From Octopus sinensis (taxonomy: Eukaryota): a stretch of DNA of 64,000 bases. The stretch is from the NCBI RefSeq assembly GCF_006345805.1, contig NC_043005.1, forward strand, positions 100,936,001 to 101,000,000, given 5' to 3'. The notes beneath the pieces were generated by a model. The model ran no database searches, was not told the DNA's origin, and worked only from the letters and a program-made list of their open reading frames with translations. This document shows, piece by piece, positions 11,261 through 23,749 of this stretch. Made by a program: the position numbers and the translations under genes. Numbering within the stretch: position 1 is the stretch's first letter; each line of letters starts with the position of its first letter.

Positions 11261-12302
11261 TTTAGAGACTAATATTGCAAAAAAATGATATACAGGACAT
11301 GTATTATTTGAAGCATCATTACTCAAGAGGCTGATGTCTTTTGCTCTGGATTTAGAGCTATCACTTTCCTTTGCAGATCAAATTTGTTTCAGAGCAAACA
11401 TCTTTTAGTGTTATTTCATTGCCTTTTTAATGGCCTAAGAATTACTATGAAGCCAGCTCCCTTAATAGGCTGGAGCGACAAAATATGATTAGTAAATGAA
11501 GCGCAATTAGCTGTTTCATTTAGATATACAATCACATTATGTTACTGATATTTGAAAGGGTAGACTGAGAATTACCTGACTAATTAGCTGTCAAAAGAAA
11601 ACAATAACGATGATAGGATAGAAAGAATAAAAATAATTAACGCAAATATGACAAATTACAATTTGTATAGGAAAAAATAGTTATTAGTTTGTGGATAAAT
11701 GTTGTAAGTAATTTGTGTAGAGATAAACTGAAATAATATCTTAACACCTGTACAAACCAAATTCCGATCACCAGCTTGTGTGACTTCACTACACATCAGA
11801 ATAGACTCATTATGCTAATAAACTATCTCCAATTAATCTAAGATAATCTGAACAAGTGGACACAGTGTCTATTTGAGATTAATCAAACACTGTATTGTTT
11901 GTTATAATAATCAACAAAGATCTAGAGCACTCTTAAATGAAAGTGAGTTGTAATTAGATAATTGGTTTACTGCTGCCATGCATGTGGGATGTACTTTCAT
12001 TTTCATAATCACTAAGTTATATCTGGATAAATTCTAAGTCAAAATATTTAGAAGATACAGTTTTTTTTAATCATGTAGATAAAACATTCTTTCTGTAACA
12101 CAAATAATTAGTTTGAGCAGGTGTAAAGAAGTCCTCTGTCTCGTTAATTTTTGAACAAAATTTCAGTCAAAATGCTTAAGAATAATTTTTCTAATCATGA
12201 AAAACAAAGGAGCAATAAAAACATATGGGAAGTTAGTTATCCAAAACTATTTGAATATTGAAAGAGTAAATGTTTTAATTTCATGAAATAGAATTATGAT
12301 AT

Positions 12303-12678
12303 AGGCATAGACATGCCTATGTGATATATTTGCATTTGAACCCTATGGCTTTTGGTTCAGTCCCCCTATATGACATCTTGTGCAAGTGTCTTCTATTATA
12401 GCTTCAAGCCAACCACAGTGTTTAGTAGATGGAAACTGAAAGAAACCTGTCGTATAATGTGTATGTATTTGTCGTTACCATGACCACCACCACTTAACAA
12501 CTGGCGATGGCTTCTTTACATCTCTGTAACTTTGCAGTTCCATGTCAGAAGCTGACAGAGTAAAGAACCAGATTTAGAAATTCAAAGTCCTGAGATTGAT
12601 TTGTTCAACTAAACCCCTTCAAGGTAGTGCTCCAGCATGGCCACAGTCCACTAACTAGAACAAGTAAAAAGTAAGAGA
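12303..12678 (+). mobile_element. SINE family A, decayed
   Basis: GGTTCAGTCCC..GCAAGTGTCTTC..GGAAACTGAAAGAA..CTCCAGCATGGCC..AAGTAAAA. Confidence 0.65.
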
Positions 12679-14280
12679 TACATTCATATAATATTTAGCC
12701 TCGTTTAGGAACTATTATTTCTACCACTTCGTTTTTATAATTGCTTCAAAGAAAGAAACCAATAGAAATAGATTTTCCTTTCATTTTGCAAACCTTTGGG
12801 TGCAGGATACGTCCACTTCCTCAGATATCCCTAAACATTTGATGAGATGGACCTTTCCTACACCCACAAAACTTTGAGTAATGTAAAACTAAGTCCAACT
12901 CTTACTAAATACGTGTAATTCCAAATGTGTTGAGTGTTCTTTGATTTTGTATATTCACTCACTCATGTGTGTGTGTGTGTGTGTGTGTGTGTGATTCTCA
13001 CTAGTAATTGCCTTACAAATAAATTTAATGCATTGCTTAAAATTGAATTACTTTGCAGAATCTGTTCATCTTTGCTTTGCTTTTGGTTAACCTGTTGCTA
13101 ATAGATAGTCCAAGTTAGTTTGAAGAAAATGTTGTTACACACAAGACACAATAGTATCTTTTCTTAATTGGGAATAACACTTTGACCATTCGCTCTTCAA
13201 GTGTTCAATCAAACTGAAACGAGTGTATCGCTTTATATAAGCTGTTATCGCAAGCCATCATCCATTTTCTTTTATTCATTCAATTAGTATTTCAAGTATT
13301 CTTACATCGGAACTGAGACATTCTGTAAATGTTCTATCAGTGAACTTTCCTTGGCAGGTGTAGAAAATAAGCAAGACTTACTAAAACTTAACCATTCCGC
13401 TGATTGTCATCAATTTAGAAGAAGTCAAGCTAAACGAGATTCTATTAACTATGACAGATAACAATGTAAAACATAAAAGTTGCTTAATCTTTTAGTCTCT
13501 TTGAATTCCAGTAAAATTCTTACCAAAATGTGTATCTGCTACAAGATATTTCATTAAATGTTATTATGAAACCTTAATAAAATTCCACCTCTAAAGACCC
13601 AAAGGCATTATCAGGAGGAAATGGATTTACCCCCCCCCCCCTGCAACACTGACTTTATTTCTTTTTTTTTTGTTGTGTTTTTGTTTGTAACTTAGCATCT
13701 TTTCCAATATGATAATAGAAGAGTTCAAAAGAAAACAGCAAAAGTGGAAAGATAAAGGATTTGTCTGCTCTTTCCCCCACTTTCCCAAAATATTCATTTT
13801 TCTATTTAACAACATGTAATAGAAAGATTTTATCAAGGAATAACACTGTCTATTTAATCAATCTTATATGTTACACTACATAACTTTGCTATGTATTTCA
13901 CAGCTACACCACATTGTTCGTCTTTTCTTCTCTTACAGATATTATGGTCCTTTCAACAGGATGCTCTACTACACTGTTTCCCAACAATATTATCTTTTCC
14001 AGCACTTATTCTCCAGGCATGCACACCATTGCCTCTGCCACCATCTCTACTGCCACCAACACAACTATAAAGAACTCAATGTGTGTGTCTAATCATTACA
14101 TCTCGTATTCTTTCTGATCCTGCACCAACATGAAGTAGTAATTTCAAGAACCAACCAAGCAATTGTTCAGGGTCATTCATCATCATTGCCATTATTATCA
14201 TTATAATTATTATTTCTATTATTATTATTTCTATTATTATTATTATTATTATTATCATTATCATTACCATTATTATTATT

Positions 14281-14606
14281 GGGTGAGAGAGCAGTGCATG
14301 CCATCAAAGTGACACTGGGGCAAAAATATATGAAACCCAGTATACCCATCATGACTACCCGTCTGAAAAGGGTACACCAGGCACATGCATCACAACCATA
14401 TGTGCGTGACATGGTGATCTCATATCAAGATAAACAGCACATGACCTTGCAGGTGGAGCCCAGTTAAAATTTTCTTCTGGTTGAGTAACCTATCCTGCTC
14501 AAAAGGTCCCTGAATAAGGGTTGTTTAAGGACGTTGAACGAAACACCCACGTTCCCAGAGGTGAATTATTCAAACCCCAAAGAATCCCTCTCAACACATG
14601 GCTATG
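14281..14606 (-). mobile_element. Partial copy of the approx. 560-bp element found inside (TAA)n tracts
   Basis: Highly similar to 18491-18815; abuts (ATT)n. Confidence 0.75.
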
Positions 14607-14755
14607 TATACAAAAACTAATGCAAATTTTGAATGGGGTACAACTGTGAAAAGAGCCCCAAAAAATTGGTAATGTCCCCTACTACAATTAGGGGTGGGAG
14701 AAAAGTTGCCAACAGGTGGCTACAGGAAATTCAACTCAATATTTAAAAGAGTATT

Positions 14756-15285
14756 GGGCTGACCAAAGCCTCATGAGTGGATTTGGTAGATGGAAACTGA
14801 AAGAAGCCCATCATATAATATATATATATATACATTAATATAAATAAAGAGAAGATCGTTAATTTAAAAATAAAATAATGATTTCATCAAGTGGTCAGCA
14901 TGGAAAAAATAACCTTGAAAGGTAATAATTATTAAAATTATAAATTAGGGTATCTACGAGATACCACCACGCTGAAAATAGCAGTCGTGATCTGGACAAT
15001 TAAGGTGGTTTTAGAGTCAGATCATGGCTGCTATTTTCAGCATGGGGGTATCTTGTAGATACCTTATTTATAATTTTAAAAATTATATATATACACGTAT
15101 ATATTTATGTATGTGTGTTTGTGTCCCTGCAACTTAGCTGTTTCATAGAAGAGACTGATAGTAGAATAAGCACCAGGTTTACAGGGAGTAAGTCCAGGGG
15201 CTGATTTCTTCGACTAAAGAGCAGTGCTCCAGCATGACCACAGTCAAATTACTGAAACAAGTGAAAGAATTAAAAAATAAAAGAA
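14756..15285 (+). mobile_element. 5'-truncated SINE A whose internal microsatellite carries a fold-back insert (14932-15079)
   Basis: SINE A segments flank inverted arms 14932-14994 and 15018-15079. Confidence 0.65.
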
Positions 15286-15293
15286 TACCAGAA

Positions 15294-15700
15294 GCAGGAG
15301 TGGCTGTGTGGTAAGTAGCTTGTTTACCAACCACATGGTTCCAGGTTCAGTCCCACTGTGTGGCACCTTGGGCAAGTGTCTTCTACTATAGCCTCAGGCC
15401 GACCAAAGCCTTGTGAGTGGATTTGGTAGACGGAAACTGAAAGAAGCCTGTCGTATATATGTATATATATATATATATATATATGCGTGTGTATGTTTGT
15501 GTGTCTGTGTTTGTCCCCCTAGCATTGCTTGACAACCGATGCTGGTGTGTTTATGTCCCCGTTACTTAGCGGTTCGGCAAAAGAGACCGATAGAATAAGT
15601 ACTGGGCTTACAAAAGAATAAGTCCCGGGGTCGAGTTGCTCGATTAAAGGCGGTGCTCCAGCATGGCCGCAATCAAATGCCTGAAACAAGTAAAAGAGTA
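15294..15700 (+). mobile_element. tRNA-derived SINE family A (CORE-like ACCTTGGGCAAGT, internal (TA)/(TG) tract, GAGTAAAA tail)
   Basis: Complete head TGGCTGTGTGG / GGTTCAGTCCC and tail; about 13 copies in the window. Confidence 0.85.
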
Positions 15701-15920
15701 ACAGTTCTTTGAATATGTGTGATGTATTTTAAGGCTAAATAATAATTCTGTTTATGTTTGCATAAGTGAGATATTTTGGTTGGATTATAGAGTTATTGGT
15801 TTGACACTTCTTTCTACATTCTGTAGGTGTCTCAATATAGAAACATTTCTCGTGGCAGCACACAATTTACAGATGCTTACATTTTCTAGGTTTTCTGTGA
15901 AGTTTTCACGGATCCAGCTA

Positions 15921-15957
<37 letters not shown>

Positions 15958-15958
<1 letters not shown>

Positions 15959-16340
15959 GGCAGTGAGCTGGCAGAATCGTTAGCATGCTAGATGAAATGT
16001 GTAGAGATATTTCGCCTGTCACTAAGTTTCTGAGTTCAAATTCTGACGAGGTCAACTTTACCTTTCATCCTTTCAGGACTGATAAATGAAGTACTAATTG
16101 AGTACTGGGGTCAATTTAATCGGCTATCCCCTTCCCCCAAATTTCAGGTCATGTGCCTATTATAGAAAGGATTATCATTATTAAGGTGGCAAGCTGGCAG
16201 AATTATCAGAATATCAGGCAAAATGCTAAGTAACATTTCATCTGCCTTCATGTTCTGAGTTCAAATTCCACCTTGCCTTTCAAGGTGATATAATCGACTT
16301 AACCCAACCCCAAAATTGCCTTGTACCAAAATCTGAAATT
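15958..16340 (+). mobile_element. Two tandem SINE family B copies
   Basis: GTGAGCTGGCAGAAT heads at about 15960 and 16187; B box GAGTTCAAATTC. Confidence 0.75.
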
Positions 16341-16390
16341 ATTATTATTATCATTATTATTATGATTATTATTATTATTATTATTATTAT

Positions 16391-17860
16391 CCAAGGTTCA
16401 GTCCTCAGCCCCCTCCTATTTATCATAGTCCTCCAGGCAATAACGGAGGAATTCAAGACAGGATGCCCCTGGGAGCTCCTCTATGCTGATGACCTTGCTC
16501 TAATTGCTGAGTCACTATCAGAACTGGAGGAGAAGTTTCAGGTGTGGAAGCAAGGATTAGAATCGAAGGGCCTTAGAGTCAATCTAGCTAAACCAAAGTC
16601 CTAATAAGTAAGAAGGTAGACAAATCACAAATGCCTTCAGGTAGATGGCCCTGCTCGATCTGTAGAAAAGGCGTAGGTAGAAACTCTATAAGATACACCA
16701 AGTGTAAGCTATGGACACATAAGAGGTGCAGCAATGTCAAAGGAAGGCTAACTAGGAAAATAGTTTTTGTATGTGATAGATGCTCCAGTGCAATAAACAC
16801 TGAAAATGCACAGAGACCATCTTCTGCCACATTCCAGGGAGAAAAACTAGAAATAGTTGATAGTTTCCATTACCTAGGTGATCAAGCTAGTAGCGGGGGC
16901 AGGTGTGCTGAAAGTGTAACTGCTAGAGTAAGAATAGCCTGGGCAAAGTTCAGAGAGCTCTTACCTCTGCTGGTGACAAAAGGCCTCTCGCTCAGAGTAA
17001 AAGGCAGACTGTATGATACATGTGTACGAACAGCCATGCTACATGGGCCGTGACTGCTGAGGAAATGCGTAAGCTCACAAGAAATGAAGTCAGTATGCTC
17101 CGATGGATGTGTAATGTCAGTGTTCGTACTCGACAGAGTGTTAGTACTTTGAGAGAAAAGTTGGACCTAAGAAGCATCAGTTGTGGTGTGCAAGAGACGT
17201 TTGCGCTGGTATGGTCATGTGGCAAGAATGGATGAAGATAGTTGTGTGAAAAAGTGCCACACCCTAGCGGTTGAGGGAACCTGTGGAAGAGGTAGACCCA
17301 GGAAAACCTGGGACGAGGTGGTGAAGCACGACCTTCAAACTTTAGGTCTCACCAAGGAAATGACTAGAGACCGAGACCTATGGATGTGCGTGAGAAGACC
17401 CGGCAGGACAAGTGAGACCATAACCCGTGGCCTCTACATGGGATGTAGCCAGTCCACTTATGCATACCTTTCCTTCTTGGGCCACAAAACTCTACTTTTG
17501 AAGACCTGTTGAGGCAAGTGAGAATCAGAATCAAAATCGAAATTGATCAACATTGATGGAAATTGTAGCTGTGATACCAGTGCCAAACCAGCCTTGCCTG
17601 GCCCCCGTGCTGGTGGCACATAAAAAGCCCCATCCAACCGTGACCGTTTGCCAGCCCCATCTGGCACCTGTGCCGGTGGCACATAAAAAGCACCCACTAC
17701 ACTCATGCAGTGGTTGGCGTTAGGAAGGGCATCCAGCCGTAGAAACATTGCCAGATCAGACCGGGCCTGGTGCAGCCTTCTGGCTTCCCAGACCCCAGTT
17801 GAACCGTCCAACCCATGCTAGCATGGAAAGCGGATGCTAAATGATGATGATGATGATGAT
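16391..17860 (+). mobile_element. 5'-truncated RTE-clade LINE with frameshifts, 3' UTR and (GAT)n tail
   Basis: QGSVLSPLLFIIVLQ..WELLYADDL, Cys-rich insert WPCSICRKG..HKRC..VCDRC, YLGD, RLRWYGHVARM, RGRPRKTW; tail ATGATGATG. Confidence 0.92.
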
Positions 17861-18250
17861 TGTTATTATTATCATTATTATTATTATTATTAGTATTATA
17901 TGAAAATTCACAGCTTATTTTGCTGGTTAAGATGGAAAGTGTCAGCTGTCCCCAGCCAGCAGACTAAGGTGACACTTGTTTACTAGTCATGCTTCAAGAA
18001 CCCTGTGAAGAAGTCTTGCTGTTCCAAGCAATGCTGATTTTTGTATATATTTTTCAGTCTGGAATTTGTCAAAATCAGTTTTGTCATTAATTTTTGTTAG
18101 GATCAACAAGTTGTGTACAACCAACACACTGGAATGTCCATTCAGTCAACCAAACCTATTCTTTATAAATTTATGGCCTTTCATTAATGTTATAAATTAT
18201 TATTATTATTATCATTATCATTGTTATTATTATTGTTATTATTATTATTA

Positions 18251-18465
18251 AAGCAGTGAGCTGGCAGAATTGTTAGCATGCGGGGCAAAATGCTTGGAGG
18301 CGTTTCATCCATCTTTACACTCTGAGTTCAAATTCTGCCGAGGTTGACTTTGTCTTTTATCCTTTTGGGTCAATAAATTAAGAACCAGTGAAACACTGGG
18401 GGTCAATGTAATCAACTGGTCCCTTCTTCCCAAATCTCAGGCCTTGTGCTTTTAGTGGAAAGGAT
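18251..18465 (+). mobile_element. SINE family B
   Basis: Head, CATCCTTTTGGGTCAATAAA central domain, flanking (ATT)n. Confidence 0.75.
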
Positions 18466-18490
18466 TATTATTATTATTGTTGTTGTTATC

Positions 18491-19048
18491 ATTGAATGAG
18501 AGAGCGGTGCATGCCATCAAAGTGACATTGGGATAAAATACACGAAGCCCAGTATACCCATCATGACTACCCGTCTGATAAGGGTACACCAGGCACATGC
18601 ATCACAACCATATGTGCACGACATGGTGATCTCATATCAAGATAAACAGCACATGACTTTGCAGATGGGGCCAATTACAATTTTCTTCATGTCGAGTAGC
18701 CCATCCTGCTCAAAAGGTCCCTGAATAAGGATTGTTTAAGGTTGTTGAATGAAACACCCATGTTTCCAAAGGTGAATCATCCAAACCCCAAAGAATCCCT
18801 CTCAACACATGGCTATGATGCTCCCCCACTACTTCTGCTTGTGATCAGAGATGCACATATCGTCAGCCACTAAGGGACATGCTCAACTGATTAAGGTCAA
18901 ACAACTGACAAGCAAATCTGTGGTATTGAGCAGAACATTTGCTGTGGCCCATCTTTTATACCAAGACAAAACAATGTACATGATAACACTTCCCATCATT
19001 TAAGATCAGAAGCCACGAGAGCCACTGTTTGGTACTGCATCAGAGGCA
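18491..19048 (-). mobile_element. Approx. 560-bp non-coding interspersed element bounded by TTA-type repeats
   Basis: Second copy at 14281; both ends adjoin TTA repeats; no credible ORF. Confidence 0.75.
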
Positions 19049-19286
19049 TTATTTTTCTTGTTTAATGTATATTGTTATTGTTTTCCTAATTGTTTTCTCA
19101 TTTTGTATAAAACCCCCACTGTCCCTGTCTACTGTATTGTCCCCTATATGTCGGCCCTAGTAGACAATGAATGAAATAATAATAATAATAATAATAATAT
19201 TAATAATAATTATTATTATTATTATTATTATTATTAATAAGATTAAGATGATACAGGACTGAGGTAACTCCTCCAGAAGTTATACA

Positions 19287-19453
19287 GAAATAAAAATAGA
19301 AGAGTGCCATAGTTACCATGTGAAATTGGTTGAACGATATTTCAACATCTCGACTGACATGTCATTTTTTAACCTGTGGAAGTCACGCTAGATGCCGAAA
19401 TATCGTTCAACCAATTTCACATGGTAACTATGGCACTCTTCTATTTTTATTTC
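19287..19453. repeat. Fold-back palindrome with a decayed plus-strand hammerhead (19371-19407)
   Basis: Arms about 19287-19350 and 19390-19453; AAC-CTGTGGA-..GATGCC-GAAA-TA-TC-GTT. Confidence 0.7.
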
Positions 19454-19797
19454 TTTATTATTATTATTATTATTATCATTATTTTTATTATTATTATTAT
19501 TATTATTCCTTCGTAACACAGTGTAGGTGAAAATGCACCGGAGTCTTTAGTCATTTGTCAAGTCACAACAAGGACCTCAGACAGATAATACTGGCACAAT
19601 GCCCAATAAAGCTGCATTTTCCAAGACATCAGTCTTGCATGGGATTTCCAGTTGCCTTAAGAAGCTTTGCAGTTTCAATGGGATTGAGCCCAACGCTCCG
19701 ATCACTACTGGTATCAATTTTATTTCACCCTCTCACATTCCATACAATCTTGCCATATCCACTGAGGCTGACGGAGAAAAACACTAGAGTATTATTA

Positions 19798-20055
19798 TAG
19801 TGTGGAGGCGTGTGGCTTAGTGGTTAGGGTGTCAGCACCATGATCGTAAGATTGTGGTTTCAGTTCCTGGACCAGGCAACGTGTTGTGTTCTTGAGCAAA
19901 ACACTTCATTTCACATTGCTCCAGTCCACTCAGCTGGCAAAAATGAGTAACGCTGCGATGGACTGGCATCCCGTCCAGCCGGGGAACACATATACCTTAG
20001 AAACTGGGAAACCGGGCCCATGAGCCTGGCTAGGCTTTAAAAGGGCGCATTTATT
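19798..20055 (+). mobile_element. tRNA-derived SINE family C
   Basis: GTGGAGGCGTGTGGCTTAGTGGTTAGG head, GTGTTCTTGAGCAA domain. Confidence 0.8.
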
Positions 20056-21639
20056 TTATTATTATAGTAGGTTGATTTAAAGAATACAACTACTGGGGTT
20101 GATAGGTTAAAATAAATCCTTTGAAGGAAGTGCAATATTATGGTTGCAGCCCAGTGACTGAAGCAAGTGAATGATGAAGCACTGAGCAAGTAGGGAAGGT
20201 TTTGTTTTAAATTTGTTTTCAAACTTTATACAAGAAATGAAAATTAGACAAGTATTTAACATTAGGTTTAGAAGAAAAACATCAAAAGAAAATAAAGAAA
20301 TTTGCTCAAGTGCAGAGAAACAAAGTTCATTTCAATCAACATGAAACATGCAACAACAAAACAAAAAAAAATAAACAGAAAGAAAAAACATTGATTTTCT
20401 TTTGCTAACACAATTCACCTTTAAAAAAATATTTTAAATGTTGCTATAGATTTTCTTAGATCTCAAAATCTGTTTATGTTGACTTAGAATCGACTAATTT
20501 TATTTCATTTCCCTGAAAAGATGAGGTTAACAAATATAAACAAAGAATCAAAGTGAAGAAGAGGCAAAAGAAAAAATATATAAATATTTCTTCTCTGATT
20601 CTGGAGATGGAAAATCTCCATAATCAGAGAAAATGTGAAAACATTGCACTTTCCCTATAATACATTGAATGTTTCACAGTAATATTGAATTTGATTTAAA
20701 ACAACACCTATATATTGATTTAGATATGAAAGATTTCTCTCTCTCTCTCTCTTTTTTCCTATATATCACTTGCCTTTTTGTTTTTTCTGCTTACATACAT
20801 ATATTACCTAGTTTTGGCATATGTGCATATCTCTATACACACGTGTGTGTGTGTGTGTGTTTGTGTGTGTAATATTACTTTCATTAGCAAAGCATTAGTA
20901 ACAATCTTTACAGAGACACCTATGAGTGCACATTGATTAATTATATTGAGCTGAAGTAATTGAACCAGTGTTTCGGAAGAGATATGAAGATGAATCAAAA
21001 TCTAATAAATACACCATTTTGTTGTTTACAAAGAATTGATAGGTTTAGATTTTAGGTGGAAGTGTCAAATAAACACAGGCCTCGCTCATTCCCTGACACC
21101 ACACTCTCACTCTGAAACAACAAAAATATAGAGGAAAAAACAGCGTTTATTGTGTATACATTTAAGATAAAGCCAAAACTGACAAGAGGGAATGTTTGTG
21201 TGTTATCTTCAATAACGAGCCAATAATACAATAACGATTGGAGCAATAAGATATTTGGATATATAATTCACATATAACTGTCTTGGTTTTGTTCAATAAT
21301 CAGATAACAGCTATATTGATATAGGGTTATGTATTTGACTTTCATACCAAATCTTTCACAACCAGCTTAATCTGAAAGCAAGGAACTTCATGTGATCAGT
21401 GAATTTCCACAGAAAAACAGACGACTACTATACAACAACGCTCCTAATTAAACTTATCTCTAGCTTACAACTGTTAACTATGAGATATCAGTTGTTGGAT
21501 AGAAGTAAGGAAAGGAATAAAAGTTATAGAAATTCATATAAAGAAGCAGCTAGTTTTTAGAACATCGACATGAATGTATTTTGCTGAAGGCAATATATCA
21601 AACAAAGGTTTCTCTAGAAAATATTCTAGTGACGCTACT

Positions 21640-21730
21640 GTGGAAGTTTCAGCACGCATGCGCAGAATTGGATTATTTCCGGTAGGCCGCCGGAAGTTCC
21701 CTCATGCGCATGCGCAGGAACTACAACGTG
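21640..21730. promoter_or_regulatory. CpG-rich housekeeping-type promoter motif cluster
   Basis: GCACGCATGCGCA 21652-64 and TGCGCATGCGCA 21705-16 (NRF1-type), ATTTCCGGT 21675-83 and CCGGAAGT 21690-97 (ETS-type), GAACTACAAC 21718-27 (ZNF143/THAP11-like), outside any repeat. Confidence 0.7.
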
Positions 21731-22164
21731 AAAGTGTACCCGCTAAATCGGTCTTTTTGGAAGAGCAGCCCTAATGAGCGGATGTGGCTAAAACTTCTCT
21801 CAGGGAAAACCCTACACACAGAGAAGCTCTCTCTTTGAAGCGGGAATGAACACTGTATCTCCTTGGCTTACCTGAGTGAACATTTGTGTACAGTCCTGTG
21901 GATTTGGCTGCTGGTTCACCCTTAAGAAATATATATGTATATATTTTACCTGTGAACCCGAAGAATAAAGCGTTATTTATTGTTATTGAAGACAGCCAGA
22001 GTTTTGGTTCCTTTTCTTCGACTATTGTATGTGACAAGATAAGACCAGACACCGCTCAAGTGTTCCTGAAACTCTCATCTTGTTACAATATTATAAAATC
22101 CCTTATGAAACAACTGTGGAAATCATTCCAAAAGTATTTAAACAAAAATATGCAATTAGTAACA

Positions 22165-22568
22165 TACAACATGACCTGGTATGTTTAAGGAGACCTATTG
22201 AGTCAAGTACATCAACAACAAAATAAATATCAAATGGAAATTGTAGCTGTGATACCTGTGCCAGTGGCATGTAAAAAGCACCATTCAAATGTGGCCGATG
22301 CCAGCGTCGCCTTGACTGGCTTCTGTGTCAGTGGCACGTAAAAAGAACCAACCGATTGTGGCTGCTGCCAGCCTCCCCTGGCACCTGTGCTGGTGGCATG
22401 TAAAAAACACCCACTTCACTCACGGAGTGGTTGGCGTTAGGAAGGGCATCCAGCTGTAGAAACACTGCCAGATCAGACTGGAGCCTGGTGCAGCCCCTTG
22501 GCTTCCCAGGCCCCAGTTGAACTGTCCAACCCGGGCTAGCACGGAAAACGGACGTTAAACGATGATGA
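22165..22568 (+). mobile_element. RTE 3'-UTR-only copy
   Basis: Matches 17500-17860 including GTGCCRGTGGCA units and the GATGATG tail. Confidence 0.85.
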
Positions 22569-23749
22569 GGAACAGCAAATTGTCTTATTTCTTTCTTTCA
22601 TGACAGTTTTCAACACACACACATACACATGCACTCATTCACACATCCAAGCTCTTCTACGCTGTACCCACGTGAGATGAGCAAGCCATGTAGCTTATTT
22701 GGAAAACAAAATATTTCCAAGATTTGCATAAATTTTGGTGAAATTGTGAGAAAGATGTTGAAGTCTGGAAGTGAGCAAAATGTTGTAAGCATGGAAGCAC
22801 TTTTGCAATCTAGTAGACTGATGTGGTGGTTGCCATATAGTTGTTATAAAACAGCAGTTCCCAACCAGAGTCCATATGATGCCTGAAGGTCAATATAAAA
22901 TTTGGGCGGGGGCTCCATGCAACAAACTAGTAAATTGGGGATTCACAATCATATTTTAAGGGCCCCTGAAAAACTTTTGCTTTAAATGTATTTTATTAGT
23001 GTGTATTGCAAGAAGCATCCAGGTTTCTTTCTCTAACATTTTACATAGTTGAACCTACACAAGTTAATGTGAAAAAGACAAAATGGGAATTTTGTAAGCA
23101 TTGAATGGTTATGGGGGTCGACTGGAATAAAATAGTAATCAAAGGGGTTCATAGATAAAAAATATATATATATATCTGAGAACCCCTGTTATTGAAGATG
23201 AAAAGATTCCAAAGCCTTTTTTTTACTCTGTGGGTAACTATGTTCTGGAAAAAGACCTCTTTACTGGAAACTGAAGTGAAAATACAAACGCTGCCTTAAA
23301 CCTGATCTGCCAAAAAAGGGCAATGTTGATATAGAAAGCAAGGAAATAATTGTAACCAATATGGTATCTCAAAGAGAAAATACATTCATTGTGTCTTTGC
23401 ATTTTAAAGAATGTTATTGCATTAAGCATGCCTAATAAAGATGAGACACAAGGAAATACCATGATGCAAATAATTCTTCCAAATGGTCAACTTGTAACCA
23501 AATTTGTCTTTCTTAGGCTGGTTTTGTTAGCCTCATTTGGATACTTGAGGAACTGAAGCAAGATCATGAAAAGTCCTCACCCCCTGAAAGAACATCGTGA
23601 CTTGTGCTGCATTTAAGAGACATTTAAGAGCCTTGTGGCAATAGCTGCCAAACAACTGGGCAAAAAAGCCATCTTTAATTAATAGCTCATTAAAAATCAT
23701 TGGTCATACTCTTTATTAAGTTGAATTTTGACTTCCATTACATATTGTG

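Noticed and set aside
12794-13420. Chain of small minus-strand exon-like segments (12794-12830, 13052-13097 and others) that can be phased together
   Set aside because: No match to AGBL4 or any protein I recognise; several alternative phasings work equally well
15294-15370. tRNA-like heads throughout the window
   Set aside because: SINE heads without complete cloverleafs; not called as tRNA genes
20590-20632. Short hairpin TTCTCTGATT..TGGAGAT/ATCTCCA..AATCAGAGAA
   Set aside because: Too short for a pre-miRNA; isolated and without supporting context
21771-22188. Overlapping 93-aa and 100-aa ORFs next to the promoter motifs
   Set aside because: No homology recognised; implied introns too short
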